Part shown: positions 26,924 through 32,000 of the stretch, piece after piece | Layout of the letters: each line of letters starts with the position of its first letter | Numbering within the stretch: position 1 is the first letter of the stretch | NCBI RefSeq assembly: GCF_001306055.1 | Contig: NZ_LGHJ01000018.1 | Location: 90,001-122,000 of the forward strand | Direction: 5' to 3' | DNA: 32,000 nucleotides | From: Bellilinea caldifistulae | Lineage (GTDB): Bacteria; Chloroflexota; Anaerolineae; Anaerolineales; Anaerolineaceae | Notes under the pieces: model-generated | Told to the model about the DNA's origin: nothing | Database searches by the model: none | What the model saw: the letters and a program-made list of their open reading frames with translations, nothing else | Made by a program: the position numbers and the translations under genes

Positions 26924-28195
26924 TTACTTGCTGGTTCGGCTGGGAGCTTGCTGGTTTAGCAGCAATTCAATTGCTTTTTCCAGCTGAGGATCACGATTGG
27001 CTTTTTGATCTTCTTCGGTCAGTTCTACAACAACATCCGGCGTTAGGCCCTGACCGTTTATTTGACGCTCGTTGGGGGTAAGCCAGCGGGCAATGGTGAT
27101 CTTCACCGCACCGGCATTATCTTTTAATTGCCGCCAGGTTTGAACCGTGCCTTTACCGAATGTTTTCGTGCCCACCAGCAATCCGCGCCCGCGATCCTGA
27201 ATGGCACCTGCGGTGATTTCGGATGCAGAAGCAGAGCCTTCGTTGACCAGGACGACCAGCGGGATATTGGTCGCCAAACCACCCGGCCGGGCTTGATAGG
27301 GAACTTTTTCGCCGTTTCCGTATTGCTCAACCATGACAATCCCATCACCGATAAATTGCGAGGTGATATTGATGGCCGAATTCAGAAAGCCGCCGGGGTT
27401 ATTGCGGAGATCGAGAACGATCCCCCTGGGATTGTTTTTTAGCAGTTCCCGCAATTTGGTGCGCAGGTCGCGATCGGTTCTTTCTCCAAATTGAGTGATC
27501 TTGATGTAGGCGATATTGTTGTCCAGCATTTTCGCACTGACGGTTTCGAGCGTGATCTTCTGACGAACGATGCTGACCTCGAAGGGATTTTCTTCTCCTT
27601 CTCGCAAGATGGTTAACCGAACGGTGGTACCGGCCGGGCCGAGGACGCGGCGTAAAACCAGTTGAGGGTCTAGTGAGGTGACGTCTTCGCCATCAACGGC
27701 AATGACTTGATCACCGGCTTTCAATCCCGCCTTTTCAGCGGGAGAGCCTTCCATTGGGCTGATGATTGTGAGGTATTTACCGCTGGTATCTACCCAGGCG
27801 CCAATGCCATCGTATTCACCCCTTAGGGGAGCGTTTGCCTGCTGATATTCGTCAACGGTCAGGTAGCCGGTGTATGGATCGCCCAAGGCCTCTAACATTC
27901 CCCGGATGGCACCTTGCATCAACAACTGGTCATCCACAGGCTGGTCTACGTAATTTTCATGAACCAGATCCCAGGCTTGCCAGAAAGGACTGAACAGCGC
28001 TTCGCGGTCAATGGCTTGTTGGGTGGCAGAAGGGGTTCCAACTGGGGAATTATTCGATAGGAGGGGAAAGCTGGGCAGGCTTACGGTTGAAGGCAGGCTG
28101 ATCCCGGCAGCCAAACCGATGCTGAAACTGATTCCCATTAAGAGACCCAGAACCAGTAAAACCAGAATGGTTCGGATTATTTTTGAATTCATCAT
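26924..28195 (-). CDS. S41-family C-terminal processing peptidase (Ctp/Prc-like) with PDZ domain
   Basis: It has an N-terminal anchor and a PDZ segment (GSPAEKAGLKAGDQVIAVDG). The catalytic Ser lies in GSASASEI and the Lys in TFGKGTVQ. I choose the ATG at 28195, which is preceded by GGAG. Confidence 0.9.
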   Translation of the reverse strand: MMNSKIIRTILVLLVLGLLMGISFSIGLAAGISLPSTVSLPSFPLLSNNSPVGTPSATQQAIDREALFSPFWQAWDLVHENYVDQPVDDQLLMQGAIRGMLEALGDPYTGYLTVDEYQQANAPLRGEYDGIGAWVDTSGKYLTIISPMEGSPAEKAGLKAGDQVIAVDGEDVTSLDPQLVLRRVLGPAGTTVRLTILREGEENPFEVSIVRQKITLETVSAKMLDNNIAYIKITQFGERTDRDLRTKLRELLKNNPRGIVLDLRNNPGGFLNSAINITSQFIGDGIVMVEQYGNGEKVPYQARPGGLATNIPLVVLVNEGSASASEITAGAIQDRGRGLLVGTKTFGKGTVQTWRQLKDNAGAVKITIARWLTPNERQINGQGLTPDVVVELTEEDQKANRDPQLEKAIELLLNQQAPSRTSK

Positions 28196-28264
28196 CTTTA
28201 CTCCATTAAGTGGTGTTGACACAGTTCAATAAATATCACGGGATGGTTAAGTGAAAATGAAAAA

Positions 28265-28519
28265 TTACTGATTTGTCGTGTCTTTTTCCTGAGTGAAATC
28301 CTTGAGCCGTGCCACCTGTTCTGAAAGTTCCCTAAGGGGCTGATCTTCCTTTTCCCACGGGTTTTTGAGGGCATTCATCGTATCCGAAAGGATGGATGTG
28401 CTGGATTGGTCAGAATTATTTTTATTGCGGAGAAGTGAAAGCAGGCTCAGGTTCGTAACCAGGAGCAAGACGGCAATGATACCCATTGCAACCCAACCGG
28501 TTAAGGGGATATCGTTCAT
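28265..28519 (-). CDS. Small membrane-anchored hypothetical protein (84 aa)
   Basis: The ATG at 28519 overlaps the HAD gene stop (ATGA) and follows GGAGCGAGGA. It has one TM helix (WVAMGIIAVLLLVTNLSLLSLL) and then a charged helical tail. Confidence 0.5.
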   Translation of the reverse strand: MNDIPLTGWVAMGIIAVLLLVTNLSLLSLLRNKNNSDQSSTSILSDTMNALKNPWEKEDQPLRELSEQVARLKDFTQEKDTTNQ

Positions 28520-29184
28520 TCCTCGCTCCTGTCCAGAATGCAAAAGCTGGGGGTAAAAATAGATGCCACTTGATGGATATCTGGAATGTGAAGGTGGGCG
28601 GCTGAAAGAGCGCCATTTTTGCCCACCTGAACGGTGAACATCCCCAGAGAACGAGCCGTTAAAAGGTTGCGGTGAGAATCTTCAAACAGGACACAACGGG
28701 AAATATCCCGAATCCCGGCCTTTTCAACGGCCAATTGAAAGGATTGGGGCATCGGTTTGCAGTATGGATCTATGTCCACGATGTCAATAATGTCATCAAA
28801 GCAGCCGTCTAGTTGCAGCGCTTTTAAAACCCGGTTGGCATGAGGGCGATCGCCATTGGTGAAGATGATTTTCCGCAAGGGAAGTGAAATGAGAATATTT
28901 CGCAATTGAGGATCGGGTTTGAGGTAAACATTCAGCGGAACATCATGGACAAAGGCAAGATATTCCTGGACGGGAATGCCATAATGGATCTGTAACCCTC
29001 TCAGGGTAGTACCGTATTGATGGTACATTTGATCACGGAGAGCCATGGCTTCTGAAAGGGTCAACCCAAGCCTTTGTTGAATGTAAAGATTGATGCGCTC
29101 ACCGATGGCGTGCCACAGTCCCGATTCGGGAGGGTAGAGGGTATCATCCAGATCAAATATCAGTAATTCGGGTTTCATCTTCAA
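28516..29184 (-). CDS. HAD-superfamily hydrolase (pyrimidine 5'-nucleotidase-like)
   Basis: It has HAD motif I FDLDDTLY, motif II (IFTNG) and a late acidic motif (LFEDS). Confidence 0.85.
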   Translation of the reverse strand: MKMKPELLIFDLDDTLYPPESGLWHAIGERINLYIQQRLGLTLSEAMALRDQMYHQYGTTLRGLQIHYGIPVQEYLAFVHDVPLNVYLKPDPQLRNILISLPLRKIIFTNGDRPHANRVLKALQLDGCFDDIIDIVDIDPYCKPMPQSFQLAVEKAGIRDISRCVLFEDSHRNLLTARSLGMFTVQVGKNGALSAAHLHIPDIHQVASIFTPSFCILDRSEE

Positions 29185-29189
29185 TTTTG

Positions 29190-29197
29190 AGTATAAT
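29190..29197. promoter_or_regulatory. Overlapping divergent -10 elements (mutL on plus, HAD operon on minus)
   Basis: AGTATAAT reads TATAAT on the plus strand (29192-29197), about 45 nt before the mutL TTG. On the minus strand it reads TATACT (29190-29195), 5 nt before the HAD ATG (29184). The -35 elements are weak on both sides. Confidence 0.3.
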
Positions 29198-29241
29198 CCA
29201 TAAAACAGGTATCTGAAAAGATCATGTAAAGGGAGAGCGGT

Positions 29242-30978
29242 TTGCCGATACGGATTTTAGCGGAAGAAGTTGCTTCTCAAATTGCGGCCGGTGAGGTGGT
29301 CGAGAGGCCGGCTTCGGTTGTAAAAGAATTGATGGAAAATTCGCTGGATGCCGGAGCCCGGCGCATTGAAATTCGCATAGCCAACGCAGGAAAAGCTTTA
29401 ATCGAGGTCACCGATGATGGCTGTGGAATTCCGGCTGGAGAGCTGACGCTGGCGGTTGCCCGGCATGCCACCAGTAAATTAAGTGCGGCTGAAGACCTTT
29501 TTCGGATTGCAACGCTCGGCTTCCGAGGGGAGGCACTGGCTTCGATTGCCTCTGTATCGCGTTTGACCCTCATTTCCCGCGAGCAAAATGCCGAGATGGG
29601 AAGAAAAATTGTTGTTGAGGGGGGGAAGTTGATTGCCAACGATGCTGCCGGTTTGCCGGTTGGGACACTGGTACGGGTTGAAAACCTGTTTTTTAATGTA
29701 CCAGCCCGCCTGAAATTCCTGAAAAGCGATTTGACCGAAAAAAATCAGATTACCCAACTGGTTTCCCGATATGCACTGGCCTATCCGCAGATTCGTTTCC
29801 GGTTGATGCAGGACGAGCGGGAAGTCTTGCTCAGCCATGGCAAAAATAATCGGCGCGAAGTCCTCGCACAGATTTATGGGAATGATCTTGCCAGACAAAT
29901 GCTTGAGGTGGAATTGGAGGATGAGGACATTCGGGTACGGGGGTTCATCAGTCCTGTTGGAATAAGCCGTTCCAATCGCCGGGAAATTGTCTTTTTTGTC
30001 AACGGGCGATGGGTACAGGATGCCGGCCTCTCAACCGCTCTCATTCAGGCTTATCACACTCTGCTGATGGTGGGTCGTTATCCGATTGCTTCTATCTTCG
30101 TTGAAATGTCCCCCGAAATGGTAGATGTGAATGTTCATCCCGCAAAAGCGGAAGTTCGGTTCCGCGATGCAGACCGGGTTTTCCGGGCTGTGCAAAGGGC
30201 GGTTAAGCGGGCGTTGCTGGCATATTCACCTGCCCCACAATTGAGTTCTTCCACCTGGCTGAGTCGTTCAGGCGAGGCAGGTGTGGATCCGGCGTGGGAG
30301 ATGGCATACGAAGCCAATCTGGCTCAAATGGAGGTTGCACCGGAACCGGCTGGCAAGGAAACCGTACCGCAGCCCGTCCAACTTCCGGTTGACTCATTGC
30401 CGCTCTTGCGGGTGATTGGTCAGGTCGGAGCGGCTTATCTGGTCGCTGAGGGGCCGGATGGTCTGTATCTGATTGACCAGCACGCTGCACATGAACGGGT
30501 TCTTTTTGAAAAGTTCATGCGCGAGGCGGGTAAAGAAATTCCTTCACAAGCCTTGTTACACCCGCAAACCATCGAACTACCCCCGCAAGCAGCTGAATTG
30601 CTACAAACTCAATTAGCGGTACTCAATCGCTGGGGGTTTGAGGTGGAACATTTTGGTGGAAATACTTTCCGGGTACGACGCGTCCCGGCGATATTGAGCG
30701 GTTTGGATCCACTGATCATTGTCCGATCACTGGTTGAGGATTTTGAAGAGGATGAGACGCCTCTACAGGCTGAAATTGAAGCGCGGGTGATTGCGCGGGT
30801 TTGTAAACGCGCGGCAGTCAAAGCCGGACAAATTCTCTCAGCAGAAGAGCAAAATGCGCTGGTACGCGATTTGGAGCGCTGTCAATCGCCGCGAACCTGC
30901 CCACATGGGCGGCCAACCATGATCCATCTCTCGGTGGATTTACTGGAGCGTCAGTTTGGGCGGCGCGGCAGCCGTTGA
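29242..30978 (+). CDS. mutL: DNA mismatch repair protein MutL (endonuclease-type)
   Basis: It has the GHKL ATPase motifs (VVKELMENSLDAGA, DDGCGI). The C-terminal endonuclease motif reads DQHAAHERVLFE, and CPHGRP is also present. It starts at a TTG after AGGGAGAG. Confidence 0.95.
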   Translation: MPIRILAEEVASQIAAGEVVERPASVVKELMENSLDAGARRIEIRIANAGKALIEVTDDGCGIPAGELTLAVARHATSKLSAAEDLFRIATLGFRGEALASIASVSRLTLISREQNAEMGRKIVVEGGKLIANDAAGLPVGTLVRVENLFFNVPARLKFLKSDLTEKNQITQLVSRYALAYPQIRFRLMQDEREVLLSHGKNNRREVLAQIYGNDLARQMLEVELEDEDIRVRGFISPVGISRSNRREIVFFVNGRWVQDAGLSTALIQAYHTLLMVGRYPIASIFVEMSPEMVDVNVHPAKAEVRFRDADRVFRAVQRAVKRALLAYSPAPQLSSSTWLSRSGEAGVDPAWEMAYEANLAQMEVAPEPAGKETVPQPVQLPVDSLPLLRVIGQVGAAYLVAEGPDGLYLIDQHAAHERVLFEKFMREAGKEIPSQALLHPQTIELPPQAAELLQTQLAVLNRWGFEVEHFGGNTFRVRRVPAILSGLDPLIIVRSLVEDFEEDETPLQAEIEARVIARVCKRAAVKAGQILSAEEQNALVRDLERCQSPRTCPHGRPTMIHLSVDLLERQFGRRGSR

Positions 30979-30984
30979 GTGGTG

Positions 30985-31749
30985 TCAGTTCAAATAGTTA
31001 AGGATCGCTGGCCAGATTTGGGCTACATCAAACGGCAATAATAAATCAGCCTGAGAATCGAGGTAGGTGGGTGAGAAGGTGTTGATGATCAAACGCGCAC
31101 CCTGGTCGAGTGCGTACAGGGGTAAATGTGCAGCTGGGGTTACTTCCAATGCACTCCCTACCACCACATACAAATCGGCTTTAGCCGATTGCTGCTCGGC
31201 TTTCTGCCAGACTTCTACGGGAAGAAGTTCCTCAAACAATACGATGCCGGGTTTCAAAATGGCGCGGCAGTTGGGACAGCGCGGGATTTCTTCCTGGGAG
31301 AGAAATGGTTCGATAAAATCGTCAAGCGGGTAATTCTGGTGGCAGGAAAGGCAGTTCAGGGTTTGCATGGATCCGTGCACTTCATAAACTTTCCTGGAAC
31401 CGGCTTTCTGGTGGAGGCCGTCAATGTTTTGAGTTATAACGGCTTTGAGAATGTCTTTGTGTTCTAACTGTGCCAGTGCCAGATGAGCCGGATTAGGTCG
31501 AGCTTTGAGCATTTCTCGGGCTAAAGGGCGCAGCCAATTGAAAAATTTTTCGGGACGGTAGCGGAAAGCGGTTAGAGAAGCAACATCCATGGGGTCGTTG
31601 CGTGACCATAAGCCACTGTTGGGCGAACGAAAATCGGGAATGCCGGAAGGGGTTGAAATTCCTGCCCCGGTCAACACAACCATCCAATGTGATTCGGAAA
31701 TCAGATCAGCCGCTTTCTGAGCGGCTTCTTGCAACGTGAGGTTTGTCAT
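30985..31749 (-). CDS. cobB: NAD-dependent protein deacylase, Sir2 family (CobB-type)
   Basis: GAGISTPSGIPDFRS, TQNIDGLH and the catalytic EVHGS are present. A Zn ribbon is formed by CLSC...CPNC. Confidence 0.9.
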   Translation of the reverse strand: MTNLTLQEAAQKAADLISESHWMVVLTGAGISTPSGIPDFRSPNSGLWSRNDPMDVASLTAFRYRPEKFFNWLRPLAREMLKARPNPAHLALAQLEHKDILKAVITQNIDGLHQKAGSRKVYEVHGSMQTLNCLSCHQNYPLDDFIEPFLSQEEIPRCPNCRAILKPGIVLFEELLPVEVWQKAEQQSAKADLYVVVGSALEVTPAAHLPLYALDQGARLIINTFSPTYLDSQADLLLPFDVAQIWPAILNYLN

Positions 31750-32000
31750 TTATTCAAGCGGTCTGCATAAAGGGACGCCAGACGGTTGATCTGTTGGCTC
31801 AGAATGCCATCGGGCTGTAATTGGATCAGGGGAACATTGCGCAGGGCAGCGTGATAGGATTGTTCGGGGGCGGGCGGAATGACCAGGGTGATCGGCTTGC
31901 CCAGCATTTCCTGTATTTGAAGCGCGGAGAGCTGCAAATCAGCCCGAACGCGGTTTACAATGACCACATTGAGAATTTTTGATTTTCCAAATCCGTACTC
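31746..32000 (-). CDS. C-terminal fragment of a ParA/MinD/CpaE-like ATPase (runs off the window)
   Basis: The frame is open to base 32000 (EYGFGKSKILNVVIVNRVRADLQ...). The pattern ILNVVIVNRV....LGKPITLVIP resembles the C-terminal third of MinD/CpaE-type P-loop ATPases. The stop overlaps the sirtuin ATG (ATGA). No Walker motif is visible in the window. Confidence 0.45.
   Translation of the reverse strand, partial: EYGFGKSKILNVVIVNRVRADLQLSALQIQEMLGKPITLVIPPAPEQSYHAALRNVPLIQLQPDGILSQQINRLASLYADRLNK

Noticed and set aside
30985-31749. SIR2-domain gene as an anti-phage defence effector (Thoeris/DSR-like)
   Set aside because: The protein is short (254 aa) with a complete CobB-type Rossmann core, catalytic His and four-Cys zinc ribbon. 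It has no fused sensor or effector domains and no defence-type neighbours, so it is a housekeeping deacylase.

Overview
This is a gene-dense chromosomal segment with about 38 protein genes and one structured RNA gene. I found no transposases, integrases, CRISPR arrays, rRNA or tRNA. Most of it is housekeeping. It holds a five-gene branched-chain-amino-acid-type ABC importer (4106-9418). It also holds RNase P RNA (about 9421-9807, minus strand), which the six-frame track misreads as ORFs. The other housekeeping genes are tpiA, moaA, upp, ruvB-queA, a cyclophilin, an Fe-S uracil-DNA glycosylase, eno, pyrG, an S1-domain protein, a HAD/Ctp-protease operon, mutL and a CobB-type sirtuin. The protein sequences look Chloroflexota/Anaerolineae-like to me, but that is a guess, not a result. 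Three regions are worth a second look. (1) At the left end, a SARP/BTAD regulator sits in front of a tandem 11-bp-period operator-like repeat. A tightly packed four-gene unit follows: a 41-aa secreted-type micropeptide, a DUF5317 membrane protein, an NHLP-clan small protein and a GAF-like/HD-GYP c-di-GMP phosphodiesterase, closed by a strong hairpin. This looks like an undescribed peptide/membrane-to-c-di-GMP signalling module. (2) At 19079-19561, two same-frame ORF fragments are separated by a single TGA at the redox-active position of a peroxiredoxin-like protein (FM-U-PYC), with a SECIS-compatible hairpin downstream. This is a probable selenoprotein that gene callers would split. (3) That gene lies inside a five-gene, translationally coupled operon of three membrane-anchored alpha/beta hydrolases plus an SDR (17339-21441). 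Smaller observations include alternative hairpins in a ~200-nt leader of the ABC importer, a terminator-like hairpin in the pyrG leader, candidate leaderless genes and several consensus promoters. All family calls come from motifs read by eye. No searches were run.
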